DNA of 64,000 nucleotides from Bacillota bacterium (GTDB lineage Bacteria; Bacillota_I; Bacilli_A; RF39; UBA660): NCBI GenBank assembly GCA_015059365.1, contig SVAO01000001.1, positions 216 to 64,215 of the forward strand, read 5' to 3'. Shown piece by piece: positions 19,777 to 30,058 of this stretch (position 1 is its first letter; each line of letters starts with the position of its first letter). The notes under the pieces were generated by a model. It saw only the letters and a program-made list of their open reading frames with translations, ran no database searches and was not told where the DNA came from. The position numbers and the translations under genes were made by a program.

Positions 19777-22700
19777 ATGTGGGAATCTTTAATTGAAAGA
19801 AATCCTAATTTTATGAGATTTTATAAAAAAAACAATGATAAATTTGATAATTTAATGGAATTAGCAATTGGAAAGGGTTACATCCCGTCGTTTTCAGATT
19901 TGAAAAGAAATTATCTTATTCGAGAATTTGTTCAAGAAAATAAAAGTTTACATAAAAAAATTATTGAAAAAGAACCAAGAAGTATAACACTTATTGAAAC
20001 AACTGACGAAAATATAATCAAATTGGCTATTTCGAACGGATATAAACCTACTGTTAGTGATGTAAAGCAAAGTAGTTTAAGTGAAAGTGATACTGTTATT
20101 AGAATGTTGATAAAGCAAAATCCTAATAATATTATTGAATATACTGGTTCAAATCAAGATTTATTTGATGAAGCACTAAGTTTAGGCTGGGAGCCATCTG
20201 AAAAAGATATTATAAGGAATCGTTCATTAAGATCAAATATTTCTATAATGCGTAAAATGATTGCTAAAGATCCAAGTAACATTCTTTTGTGTAATGGTTA
20301 TATTCCAGAATTGGTTAAATATGCTTTACAAATGGGATACGTCCCTAAATTGAAAGATATTAAAAAAGGTCATTCAATATCTTGTGATGTAGATATAATG
20401 CACGATTTTATTAGAGAAAACCCGCGAAATATAATTTATTATCGTGGAAGAGATGAAAACTTTATGATGGAGGCCATAGAATTAGGATATGAACCGTTAT
20501 TAGATGACATTAAGGGGACAACATTGGTTTATTCTGAAGTAATAATGGGCTCTTTAGTGCGAAAAAAACCAGAAAATATAATTTATTATGAAGGAACTAA
20601 AACAGAATTAATAAAAGAATCTATAGAATTAGGATATAGACCTACTAAGGAAGATATAGAAAAATATTCTTATTTGTTTAAGAAAGATGATGTAATTAAT
20701 TTATTATTACAAAAAAACCCTAACTATATAGCGTTATGTTCAATTAGAAATCCAGAACTTATTGCTAAGGCAATAAATTTGGGATATGTGCCTACATTAG
20801 AAGATATAAAGAAAAATCAGTCTTTAGGTCGTGATAAAACGATTATTCGTAAATTACTTTCAACACAACCAGAAGTTATAGCGTATTATACCGGTAATGA
20901 TATGACTCTTGTTGATGAGGCATTAGGATTTGGTTATGTCCCTCAAATTAAAGATGTTGAAATAAGCAATATTTTAAAAAAACATGAAGGTATAATGTAT
21001 AAAATAATTGAAAGCGATCCAGAAGCAATTATTTTTTATCATGGTAAAAATCCAGAATTGTTTGATTTTGCGTTAAAAAAAGGGTATTCTCCGAAAAAAA
21101 AGGATATTGTGTCATATCATAATCTTTGTTATAGTGATTCTATTATGAGAATTATGGTTGAAAAAGATAGTTCGAATATTATTTTATATCTGGGTGAAAA
21201 TCAAGAAATTGTTGAATTGGCTCTTAAGAATGGTTATAAGCCTAGTGGTTCAGATTTACAAAAAAATTTCACTATTGCCAAAAGTATTCCTGTAATGAGA
21301 ATTTTACTTAAAGAAGACGGTAAAAATCTGAATTGTTATAAATCCTTAGGCGATGATATAATGTGCGAAGCGTTACATGTTTTTTCTGAATTTTATAATG
21401 TTAATATTCCGGAAGAATATTCAGAAATTTTTAAAGTATATAAAGGTGATTTAAATAAGTTTTGCTTAAATTATAGTAAGTTTTGTCAATTTTTAAATCA
21501 AGCAGACATTAAAGAAGAAGAATTCTCTAAATTTACATTTTCTAAATCTTATGATTGGTTAGATGATATTCTAAAAATTTTAGATACAAATAAGATAGAT
21601 GAATTTAAAAATGTAAAAGAATTTTTTCTAAAATATTATTATGTGAATGTAAGTAATCAACAAAATATTTCCGTCATCGATTCTGTGTTAAGTATAATGA
21701 GTAATTATGCTAAATTTCCAGAATTGTGTGAAGATATTATTAATCAAAATCGACTTTTGACAGAAGAAGAAATAATAAATATTAATATGATTTTTAGTTC
21801 GGCAGTAATTTTTGATGAAGAAACAAAGCCAAAGTCACTTGCTGATTTGTCAAATGTAGTATCTAATATTAAAGAAATATATGGTAACAAAATAAAGGAA
21901 AGTGTTGATGGGGGTATCACATTAATGCAAGATACTTTATGTCAAATTTTATTTGGTTCTGAAAAAAATGTCATACAGGAAAGATTATATGTTTTTGGAG
22001 ATACTGAAGTGTTAAGACAACTATTATTTAATAACAGAGATAATCCCGAGATTGAATCAATTATTAGAGAAATGATGATATATACTTCAATGATGGAAGA
22101 TGTTTTGGCGATAAAAGATTCAATTGTTATGGAAGAGGTTGTTAATAGAGTTTTAAATAATTTTGAGTTTATTATGAAAACTACCTCAAAGTTTAAAAAT
22201 TATGAAGAATCTATGCGTTATTTATACGAAATAGATATTCAAAGCAATTTAACTAGATTTAGTAATGTTCAAAATTCCGAGTTAATTATTGATAAGGAAA
22301 GAACTACAAAATATGGGGTTGAAGTTTTGGATTTTTCAGATAAAAAGTATTGTTTAATGGCTCATGTGATGAGTGATAGGGAAACTCCAGAAGAATTAGT
22401 TTGTGGTGTTGCAATAAATAAAAAGAATTTTATTTCATTAAGTTCAATATCTCATCGAAATCAAGTATATTATACTAAGCCAAGTAGTGATAAAATAATT
22501 TTTGCTACTGATGAAATGCTTCCTGGATTATTTATTCAAAGTAGTGTAACTAATATGGGAACTAATCAACATTTAACTGCTGGAGGTGGTGAAATTGGTG
22601 AAATCCATAGAACACAAAGAGGTATATTAGAAACAAGTCATGCACCAAATGGTAATAATTCTGAAGTTTTAGCTTATCGTTCTGGTTTGAAATTTGGTTA

Positions 22701-23616
22701 TATTGTTTTACCGGGCGGTAGAGAGCCAACGGAAAAAGAATTGTTGATAGCCAAAGAATATGGATTAAGATTTGTTGTAACACAAGAAGTTGATGAAGAA
22801 ATAATAGACCCAATAGATATTGATAAAAAATCTGTGGTAGAATTTGATGAAATAAGTGTTGAATCTGAAGTTAAAACCGCAATAATTCCTAAAATTATTT
22901 CAAAAGAAAAAGGAAAAAGTATTGCAATTTTGACTGATGCTCATGGTTTGTTCGAACCGACTTTAGCAATATTAGAAGATGCCAGAAAACGAGGAATAAC
23001 TGATATATATTCACTAGGTGATAATGTTGGAAGTGGACCTAATCCCAGTGAAGTAATGGAATTATTAGATGAATATGGGGTGGTATCTTTAAATGGTAAT
23101 CATGAATTATATGTGACTTTAGGGGTTGATGCATTTAAAGAGCATTTGGAAAAAAGTGGAGTGAATGCATATTCTGAGGCTGAGAAAAACAGTTCTTGGA
23201 CATCAGAACAATTAACAGACTCTCAAAAACAAAAATTAAAATTGTATCCTCATATGATTGAAATGATAATGGGTGGCAAGAAAATTTTACTTTGTCATGA
23301 TATTAAAGATTTTAATACAGGTGAAGTTGTATTTGATCCAAGTGCTTATGATGAGGTATTTCGTGGTCATATTCATTTTGGAAAAAAGGAAGGTAATGTT
23401 ACAACAATTCCAGGTGTAGGAATTGGTAATAACAGAGGAAAAGCAACCTATGTGATTTTGACTGAAAAAGAAGATGGTGGCTACACTACTGAATTTGTAA
23501 CAATCGGATATGATCTAGATAATCTATATTATGATATTAATGAAAGTGATATGGATTTGGATGATAAAGCAAAAATTGAAGAATGGGCAGGTGTTTCAAG
23601 TGGCAGAAAAAAATAA
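19777..23616 (+). CDS. Large multidomain protein: ten ~50-aa repeats, helical linker, putative ART-like domain, C-terminal calcineurin-like metallophosphoesterase
   Basis: Repeat consensus P.NI.YY.G.N.EL...AL..GY.P...DI; TDAHG, GDNVGSGP, GNHE, CH, GHIH at the C-terminus. Confidence 0.8.
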   Translation: MWESLIERNPNFMRFYKKNNDKFDNLMELAIGKGYIPSFSDLKRNYLIREFVQENKSLHKKIIEKEPRSITLIETTDENIIKLAISNGYKPTVSDVKQSSLSESDTVIRMLIKQNPNNIIEYTGSNQDLFDEALSLGWEPSEKDIIRNRSLRSNISIMRKMIAKDPSNILLCNGYIPELVKYALQMGYVPKLKDIKKGHSISCDVDIMHDFIRENPRNIIYYRGRDENFMMEAIELGYEPLLDDIKGTTLVYSEVIMGSLVRKKPENIIYYEGTKTELIKESIELGYRPTKEDIEKYSYLFKKDDVINLLLQKNPNYIALCSIRNPELIAKAINLGYVPTLEDIKKNQSLGRDKTIIRKLLSTQPEVIAYYTGNDMTLVDEALGFGYVPQIKDVEISNILKKHEGIMYKIIESDPEAIIFYHGKNPELFDFALKKGYSPKKKDIVSYHNLCYSDSIMRIMVEKDSSNIILYLGENQEIVELALKNGYKPSGSDLQKNFTIAKSIPVMRILLKEDGKNLNCYKSLGDDIMCEALHVFSEFYNVNIPEEYSEIFKVYKGDLNKFCLNYSKFCQFLNQADIKEEEFSKFTFSKSYDWLDDILKILDTNKIDEFKNVKEFFLKYYYVNVSNQQNISVIDSVLSIMSNYAKFPELCEDIINQNRLLTEEEIININMIFSSAVIFDEETKPKSLADLSNVVSNIKEIYGNKIKESVDGGITLMQDTLCQILFGSEKNVIQERLYVFGDTEVLRQLLFNNRDNPEIESIIREMMIYTSMMEDVLAIKDSIVMEEVVNRVLNNFEFIMKTTSKFKNYEESMRYLYEIDIQSNLTRFSNVQNSELIIDKERTTKYGVEVLDFSDKKYCLMAHVMSDRETPEELVCGVAINKKNFISLSSISHRNQVYYTKPSSDKIIFATDEMLPGLFIQSSVTNMGTNQHLTAGGGEIGEIHRTQRGILETSHAPNGNNSEVLAYRSGLKFGYIVLPGGREPTEKELLIAKEYGLRFVVTQEVDEEIIDPIDIDKKSVVEFDEISVESEVKTAIIPKIISKEKGKSIAILTDAHGLFEPTLAILEDARKRGITDIYSLGDNVGSGPNPSEVMELLDEYGVVSLNGNHELYVTLGVDAFKEHLEKSGVNAYSEAEKNSSWTSEQLTDSQKQKLKLYPHMIEMIMGGKKILLCHDIKDFNTGEVVFDPSAYDEVFRGHIHFGKKEGNVTTIPGVGIGNNRGKATYVILTEKEDGGYTTEFVTIGYDLDNLYYDINESDMDLDDKAKIEEWAGVSSGRKK

Positions 23617-23626
23617 AGGAATTGAT

Positions 23627-23788
23627 ATGGATGAAATAAGAAAAATGATTTCTTTAATTGATCCAAACAATGAAGTTTTTAGTAAAACTAGGGACGTCAT
23701 AAATGAACCTAAAGTAAAAGAAGAAAAGACTTCAAAAGAACGAGGAAAAGTAAAAATTGTTAGTACGAAAAAAATGAATAAATTTTGA
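23627..23788 (+). CDS. Small basic hypothetical protein (53 aa)
   Basis: AAAGGA RBS then MDEIRKMISLIDPNN...VSTKKMNKF. Confidence 0.55.
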   Translation: MDEIRKMISLIDPNNEVFSKTRDVINEPKVKEEKTSKERGKVKIVSTKKMNKF

Positions 23789-23794
23789 AATTTG

Positions 23795-23821
23795 AGAATA
23801 TCTTCGGATATTCTTTTTTTT
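23795..23821 (+). terminator. Intrinsic terminator (copy 2 of the 27-bp direct repeat)
   Basis: Identical to 19686-19712. Confidence 0.9.
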
Positions 23822-23869
23822 GTGTAAATATTTTTAATTTATAGTTAATACAATTATATAGGTGATACT

Positions 23870-24112
23870 ATGAAAATTATCAACAATATTAGGTCTTTTT
23901 TACTAGAAGATGATTTTGAATTTAGAATGTATAAAAATAAAATAAATATTGTTAATTATGATTCTATTGGTCACTTTGATTCTAATAAAATAATTATTTA
24001 TTATAGTTTGGGTTATATTTTTATAAAGGGGGATAATTTAGTAGTTTCTAAATTAATGAAAGATGAACTTTTAATAACTGGAGAAATTAAAAATATAGAA
24101 TTGAGGGATTAA
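23870..24112 (+). CDS. yqfC: YabP/YqfC family sporulation protein
   Basis: 80 aa, IKGDNLVVSKL..ELLITGEI; directly upstream of yqfD. Confidence 0.85.
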   Translation: MKIINNIRSFLLEDDFEFRMYKNKINIVNYDSIGHFDSNKIIIYYSLGYIFIKGDNLVVSKLMKDELLITGEIKNIELRD

Positions 24113-25291
24113 ATGAAGAATAATTTTGTATATAAGTTTTTGAGTAAAATTGATTTAGAAATTAGGGGTAAGCATATTGAAAGATTTATTCATAAACTGG
24201 CTCATCATAATATAGAATTGCTAGATATTAAATATTTTAAAGATGGAGTTCATATTAAAATATATAAGGAAGATTATCTTAAAGTCTTGAATTTAAAGTC
24301 TATTTATGAAGTTAATGTTGTTGATGCTTCGGGTTTAATAAAATTAAAAAAAACACTTAGTGTTAATAAGTTTGTTATTTTAGCAATTGTTCTAGGTATA
24401 ACTTTATTAATATTTTTAACTAATATTATTTTTGAAGTAGAAGTAGTTCATAGTAGTAGTTCTGTTAGAAACTTTTTAATTGATGAGTTAAAAATGTTTG
24501 GAATGAAAGAATACAGTTTAAAGAAAAGTTTCAAAGAAATTAGTAAAATAAAAAATGAAATACTTGAGAAATATCCAGATAAAATAGAATGGTTAGAAAT
24601 TGAGGTTTTAGGAACTAAGTATGTAGTAAGAGTAGAACTTAGAGAAATTCCGAGTAAAGAAGAGCACAATGTTAATAGACATGTTGTTGCAAAGAAAGAT
24701 GCTTTAATAAAAAAAATTACAGCACTAAATGGTATGGTTGTAAAAGAAGTTAATAACTATGTAAAAAAAGGGGATATCATCATAAGTGGAAATGTTTCTT
24801 TGAATGATGAAACAAAAGGAACTGTTTCTGCAGATGGTAGTGTATTTGGTGAAGTATGGTATACATTAACTGTAGAATACCCGTATACTTATTATGAAGA
24901 AAGATTGACTGGAAAAAGTAAAAAAGTTATTGCTTTGAAATTCTTAAACAAGTCTTTTGAATTGTTTCCTTCATTTAAAAATAAAAAAGTTACAGAAACA
25001 GTTTTATTAAAAAACAATTTATTACCAATAAAACTAGTATTAGAACATCAAGAAGAACAAATTATTGTAGATCAAGTCTTAACAGAAGATGAGGCAATTA
25101 ATAAAGCAATATCGTTAGGGCGAGAAAAAATGGGAAAAGAGTTATCTAATCAAGAATATATTATTGATAATAAGGTATTAAAAGTTAATGTTAAAGAAAA
25201 TAAAGTGGTGGTAGATATTTTTTTTGTTGTGTATGAGGATATTACTGATTATGCAGAAATAATTGTAAATGATAATGAAAAAGTTGAATAA
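24113..25291 (+). CDS. yqfD: Sporulation protein YqfD
   Basis: IERFIHKL, TM, IEWLEI, HVVAKKDA.I, VKKGDIIISG, GEVWY. Confidence 0.92.
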   Translation: MKNNFVYKFLSKIDLEIRGKHIERFIHKLAHHNIELLDIKYFKDGVHIKIYKEDYLKVLNLKSIYEVNVVDASGLIKLKKTLSVNKFVILAIVLGITLLIFLTNIIFEVEVVHSSSSVRNFLIDELKMFGMKEYSLKKSFKEISKIKNEILEKYPDKIEWLEIEVLGTKYVVRVELREIPSKEEHNVNRHVVAKKDALIKKITALNGMVVKEVNNYVKKGDIIISGNVSLNDETKGTVSADGSVFGEVWYTLTVEYPYTYYEERLTGKSKKVIALKFLNKSFELFPSFKNKKVTETVLLKNNLLPIKLVLEHQEEQIIVDQVLTEDEAINKAISLGREKMGKELSNQEYIIDNKVLKVNVKENKVVVDIFFVVYEDITDYAEIIVNDNEKVE

Positions 25292-25372
25292 AAAGTCGAA
25301 AGACTTTTTTTGAGTTGTTGAAAAACAATAAAAATTATAATATAATTGATATATAAAAATGGAGTTGATAAT

Positions 25373-25819
25373 TTGAACAGTGTAGAAATATTTAATGAAA
25401 CAGAAACAAAATTAGAAGAATTAGATAGTTTAAATGGATTAATTGATTATGCCATAAAAGCAGAAAATGTTTCTAATGTAGTTTTTAATGTAATAATTGT
25501 TGATAAGGAAAAAATTCAAGAGATAAATAAAAATTATCGTGGAATAGATAGAGTTACAGATGTTATTAGTTTTGCACTAGAAGATAATGAAGATATTGTT
25601 TATGAAGATTTTAGATTATTAGGGGATATATATATATGTGTTGATAAAGTATTTTCTCAAGCAGAAGAATATGGACATAGTGTATTAAGAGAACTTAGTT
25701 TTTTAACTATTCATGGATTTTTGCATCTTTTAGGCTATGACCATATGACAGATACTGATGAGAAAGTAATGTTTAAACGTCAGGAGGAAATATTAAACGG
25801 ATATGGAATTACAAGATAA
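25373..25819 (+). CDS. ybeY: rRNA maturation endoribonuclease YbeY
   Basis: YRGIDRVTDVISF, LGDIYI, HGFLHLLGYDH; TTG start after GGAG. Confidence 0.97.
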   Translation: MNSVEIFNETETKLEELDSLNGLIDYAIKAENVSNVVFNVIIVDKEKIQEINKNYRGIDRVTDVISFALEDNEDIVYEDFRLLGDIYICVDKVFSQAEEYGHSVLRELSFLTIHGFLHLLGYDHMTDTDEKVMFKRQEEILNGYGITR

Positions 25820-26198
25820 AGTTAAAAGACGTAAAGATTCTGGAAATATGTTTTTAAGATATAAGAAAAGTTTTTTTCATGCATTAGATGGAATAAAATA
25901 TGTGATAAAAAATGAGCATAATTTCATTATTATATTAATGGCGATAATAATAACTACATTATTTGGATTTGCGTTTAAAATCAATGAATATGAATGGTTA
26001 TTTGTAATTACTTCGTTTGGTTTAGTATCTGGTTCGGAGATGCTTAATTCTGCGATAGAAGCTGCTATTGATTTAGAAACCACAAAATTACATCCACTGG
26101 CTAAAGTGGCTAAGGATTGTGGTTCTGGTGCAACTCTTGTTTTCGCATTTACATCTTTTATTGGAGCATTAATTATATTTGTTCCAAAGATATTTTAG
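25803..26198 (+). CDS. dgkA: Diacylglycerol/undecaprenol kinase
   Basis: EHNF, EMLNSAIE..ID, AKVAKD; between ybeY and era. Confidence 0.93.
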   Translation: MELQDKVKRRKDSGNMFLRYKKSFFHALDGIKYVIKNEHNFIIILMAIIITTLFGFAFKINEYEWLFVITSFGLVSGSEMLNSAIEAAIDLETTKLHPLAKVAKDCGSGATLVFAFTSFIGALIIFVPKIF

Positions 26199-26210
26199 GG
26201 GAGGTTTAAA

Positions 26211-27098
26211 ATGAAAAGTGGATTTGTAAGTTTAGTTGGAAGACCGAATGTTGGTAAATCTACATTGTTAAATAGTTTGGTTGGAAGAAAAGTGGCTATT
26301 ACATCAAATAAGCCACAAACTACTAGAAATATTATTCAAGGTATATATAACGATGATGAATGTCAGATTATTTTTGTTGATACGCCTGGTATTCATAAAC
26401 CTAATCATAAATTAGGTAAGGTATTAAATCGTCAAGCTTATTATAGTATTGATGATGTTGATGTTGTATTATTTTTAGTAGATGGAAGTGATTCTTTAGG
26501 TCCTGGTGATAAATTTGTCTTAGAAAAATTAAAGGAAACTAATAAACCAGTAATTTTAATTATTAATAAGATTGATAAAATTTCTAAGGAACAAATACTT
26601 TTAAAAATATCAGAATATAAAGATTTATATGATTTTACAGAAATAATACCTTTGTCAGCTTTAAAAAGTAATAATGTAGATACTGTTGTTTCTGTATTAA
26701 AAAAATATTTACCTGATAGTATTAAGTATTATGATGATACAATATACACTAATGCCTCAGAACAATTTATGATTTCAGAAATCATTAGAGAAAAAGTTTT
26801 TAATGAAACAGAAGAAGAGGTGCCACATTCAGTTACTTGTATAGTTGAAAAATTAGAATTTAGTAGGACTAGTGTTAATGTAATTGCCTCTATTATTGTT
26901 GATAGGGATTCATTAAAAAGAATAATTATTGGAAAACAAGGAAGTAAAATAAAACAAATAGGTGTTTCTGCTAGAAACGAAATAGAAGAATTACTTGGTA
27001 AAAAGGTTTATTTAGATTTATATGTCAAGACAATTAAGAAATGGCGAGATCGAGAAAAATATCTTCAAGAATTTGGATATTATGATTTTGAAAAATAA
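26211..27098 (+). CDS. era: GTPase Era
   Basis: GRPNVGKST, PQTTR, DTPG, NKID, EEVPHS, IIGKQG. Confidence 0.98.
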   Translation: MKSGFVSLVGRPNVGKSTLLNSLVGRKVAITSNKPQTTRNIIQGIYNDDECQIIFVDTPGIHKPNHKLGKVLNRQAYYSIDDVDVVLFLVDGSDSLGPGDKFVLEKLKETNKPVILIINKIDKISKEQILLKISEYKDLYDFTEIIPLSALKSNNVDTVVSVLKKYLPDSIKYYDDTIYTNASEQFMISEIIREKVFNETEEEVPHSVTCIVEKLEFSRTSVNVIASIIVDRDSLKRIIIGKQGSKIKQIGVSARNEIEELLGKKVYLDLYVKTIKKWRDREKYLQEFGYYDFEK

Positions 27099-27145
27099 AA
27101 TGTATAAAAAAAGTTTGTAATCACCATTATAAAATAGGTGATAAT

Positions 27146-27235
27146 ATGGATAAAAAATTATTGTGGGATTTATTTAGAAGTACTGGTAAAATTGAATACT
27201 ATTTAAAGTATAAGGAGTTAGAAAAAAATGAATAA
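27146..27235 (+). CDS. yqzL: YqzL-family small protein (29 aa)
   Basis: MDKKLLWDLFRSTGKIEYYLKYKELEKNE, W..F..TG.I..YL pattern at the era-recO position; not in the ORF track. Confidence 0.85.
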   Translation: MDKKLLWDLFRSTGKIEYYLKYKELEKNE

Positions 27236-27264
27236 TTATAGGAGTATGTTAAAGTTTTTATTAA

Positions 27265-27996
27265 ATGATTGAAAAAATTGAAGGCATTGTTATAAGTGAA
27301 CAAGCCTATGGTGAAACAAGTAAAATAATTAATATTTTAACTCCAGATAGAGGCATAATTGGTCTCATGGCTAAAGGTGCTCGTAAATTAAAAAGTGATT
27401 TGGCAAACGTTTCGGGTAAACTAAATTATGGATATTTTGATATTTATTATAAATCTGACAAATTATCTACTTTAATCAGTGCTGATATCATAAATTCTTT
27501 TAAAAATATTAGGAAAGATATAAATAAAATTAGTTATGCATACTTTTTGTTAGAATTATCTAGTCAAGTAGTAAAACATAATCAGAATAAACACGTATTT
27601 AATTATCTAATATCTGGTTTAAAAAAAATAGATGAAGGTTTTGATTTCATGACTATAACTAATATTTTGGAATTAAAATATTTAGATTTACTTGGAGTAA
27701 TGCCCGTATTAGATAGTTGTAGTGGGTGTGGAAAAACAACGAATATTTTAACACTATCTACTATAAAAGGTGGATACGTTTGCAATAGTTGTCATACAGT
27801 TGAGAAAATTGTAAGTGAAAAAACAATAAAGTTAATTAGAATGTTTTATTATGTTGATATAGATAAGATATCTAAATTGCAAATTAGTGATATATGTAAA
27901 AATGAGATAAATGAGTTTTTAGATAACTATTATGATCAATATACAGGTTTATTTTTAAAGAGTAAAAGTTTTTTAAGAGATTTAAATAAGTTGTAG
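27265..27996 (+). CDS. recO: DNA repair protein RecO
   Basis: GIVI..YGETSKI, AKGARK, CSGC/CNSC zinc finger. Confidence 0.96.
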   Translation: MIEKIEGIVISEQAYGETSKIINILTPDRGIIGLMAKGARKLKSDLANVSGKLNYGYFDIYYKSDKLSTLISADIINSFKNIRKDINKISYAYFLLELSSQVVKHNQNKHVFNYLISGLKKIDEGFDFMTITNILELKYLDLLGVMPVLDSCSGCGKTTNILTLSTIKGGYVCNSCHTVEKIVSEKTIKLIRMFYYVDIDKISKLQISDICKNEINEFLDNYYDQYTGLFLKSKSFLRDLNKL

Positions 27997-28004
27997 AGGT
28001 GTAT

Positions 28005-28439
28005 ATGGAAAAGTATAAATATATTATTGTACCAATTGTAACATTAATCATGTGTCAATTGATTAAATTTATAATAGAATCTTTAACAGCTAAGAAGTTA
28101 GTTTGGGGTAGACTTTTTAATGGTAGTGGTGGCATGCCAAGCAGCCATACTTCCTTTTCTATGTCGTTAACTACAATGATTGGTATAAATTTAGGGATTG
28201 ATTCTCCTATGTTTGCAGTTTCTATGATTTTTTCTTTAATAACAGCATATGATGCGATGGGACTTAGATTTGAAACCGGAAAACAAGCTGCTGCAATAAA
28301 TAAACTTTTAGATGAAGTTTTTGAAGAGGAAGGATTCAAACATTTGAAAGAGCAATTAGGACATAAGCCTATGGAAGTTTTAATGGGGTTTGTTTTAGGA
28401 ATAGTTTGTGCATTGTTTTTTCAATATGTTATATTCTAA
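28005..28439 (+). CDS. Divergent PAP2 (DUF212/YuiD-like) membrane protein
   Basis: QLIK, SGGMPSSH, YDAMGLR..GKQA, LKEQLGHKP. Confidence 0.92.
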   Translation: MEKYKYIIVPIVTLIMCQLIKFIIESLTAKKLVWGRLFNGSGGMPSSHTSFSMSLTTMIGINLGIDSPMFAVSMIFSLITAYDAMGLRFETGKQAAAINKLLDEVFEEEGFKHLKEQLGHKPMEVLMGFVLGIVCALFFQYVIF

Positions 28440-28442
28440 TTG

Positions 28443-28599
28443 TTGACATAATTAAAACTTTATATTAAAATTAAGATGTTATAAATCAATGCGATGACGG
28501 GGTTGGAATCCAAGAGCAATATATAAAAAGAGATTCTTCTAGAATAAATAAGGTGGAACCGCGGGCTTGCTCGTCCTTATGTATTCTAGGAGTTTTTTT
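28443..28599 (+). promoter_or_regulatory. SigA promoter plus miniature T-box leader of glyQS
   Basis: TTGACA-17-TAAAAT at 28443-28471; GCGATGA/GAGC K-turn motifs; AAGGTGGAACCGCG T-box with CGTCCTT partner. Confidence 0.8.
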
Positions 28600-28623
28600 A
28601 AATTTTAGAAATGAGGTAAAAAT

Positions 28624-30000
28624 ATGGAAAAAATAACAATGGAAGAATTAGTAAATTTGTGTAAACAATATGGATTTATATTTCAAGGAAGTGAAATTTA
28701 TGGAGGTTTAGCAAACACTTGGGATTTTGGACCTTTAGGAGCACTTCTTAAAGATAATGTAAAAAAAGCATGGTTAAAGAAATTTATTCAAGAAGATCCA
28801 AATAATGTAGGACTTGATAGTGCAATACTAATGAATCCTAAAACTTGGGAAGCAAGTGGACATTTAAAAACATTTTCAGATCCACTAATTGATTGTAAAG
28901 ATTGTAAAACTAGACACCGTGCAGATAATTTAATTAATGATTTTACTAAGAGTAATGATGGAGATTCAATGACTCAAGATGAAATGATTGATTTTATTAA
29001 AAATAATAATGTGCCATGTCCAAAGTGTGGTAAAAGTAATTTTACAGACATTCGTCAATTTAATTTAATGTTTAAAACATTCCAAGGAGTTACCGAAGAT
29101 GCGAAAGCAACAATTTATCTTCGCCCAGAAACTGCTCAAGGAATATTTGTTAACTTCTTAAATGTACAAAGAAGTATGAGACTTAAAGTACCATTTGGAA
29201 TAGGCCAAGTAGGAAAAAGTTTTCGTAATGAAATTACTCCAGGAAATTTCATTTTCCGTGTTCGTGAATTTGAACAAATGGAATTAGAATTTTTCTGTAA
29301 ACCAGGAACAGAATTAGAATGGCATAAATATTATAAAGATTATTGTTTTAATTACTTAATTTCTTTAGGTATTGATAAAGATAGATTGCGTTTGCGTGAT
29401 CATTCTAAAGAAGAATTAAGTTTCTATAGTAATGCAACTACTGATATAGAATACAAATTCCCATTTGGTTGGGGGGAATTATGGGGAATTGCAAGTCGTA
29501 CTGATTATGATTTAACTCAACATGAAAAAGTTTCTAAGGAGTCTCTAAATTATTTAGATCCAGAAACTAATGAAAGATACGTTCCTTATGTAATTGAACC
29601 ATCAGTTGGTGTTGAAAGAACTGTATTAATGGTATTAAGTGATGCTTATAATAAAGAAGTCCTAGAAAATGGGGATACAAGAGAAGTAATGAAATTCCAT
29701 CCATTCCTTGCACCATATAAAGTAGCGGTGTTACCACTAGTTAAGAAATTTCATAGTGAGAAAGCACAAGAAGTTTATAGAAATTTAAGTAAATATTTTA
29801 GTTGTTCTTATGATGAAGCCGCAAATATCGGTAAACGTTATAGAAGACAAGATATAGTTGGTACTCCATATTGTATTACAATAGATGATGAAACATTAAA
29901 CAATAATACAGTAACAGTACGTGATAGAGATACAATGGAACAAGTTACTATTTCTTTAGATGAAGTTGTAAACTATATACATGAAAAGATTCAATTTTAA
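28624..30000 (+). CDS. glyQS: Glycine-tRNA ligase (homodimeric type)
   Basis: [45 protein letters not shown]. Confidence 0.98.
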   Translation: MEKITMEELVNLCKQYGFIFQGSEIYGGLANTWDFGPLGALLKDNVKKAWLKKFIQEDPNNVGLDSAILMNPKTWEASGHLKTFSDPLIDCKDCKTRHRADNLINDFTKSNDGDSMTQDEMIDFIKNNNVPCPKCGKSNFTDIRQFNLMFKTFQGVTEDAKATIYLRPETAQGIFVNFLNVQRSMRLKVPFGIGQVGKSFRNEITPGNFIFRVREFEQMELEFFCKPGTELEWHKYYKDYCFNYLISLGIDKDRLRLRDHSKEELSFYSNATTDIEYKFPFGWGELWGIASRTDYDLTQHEKVSKESLNYLDPETNERYVPYVIEPSVGVERTVLMVLSDAYNKEVLENGDTREVMKFHPFLAPYKVAVLPLVKKFHSEKAQEVYRNLSKYFSCSYDEAANIGKRYRRQDIVGTPYCITIDDETLNNNTVTVRDRDTMEQVTISLDEVVNYIHEKIQF

Positions 30001-30058
30001 GGAATCTTTTTTTGACAAATAGAGGTGTCTGTTATACAATTAGTATAGGTGATATCGA

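Noticed and set aside
19800-21370. Periodic ~150-bp structure as a possible CRISPR array or DNA repeat
   Set aside because: Periodicity is at the protein level only; the nucleotide copies are highly diverged
23531-23788. 85-aa version of the ORF after the giant protein
   Set aside because: The upstream part overlaps the previous gene out of frame; the RBS supports the ATG at 23627
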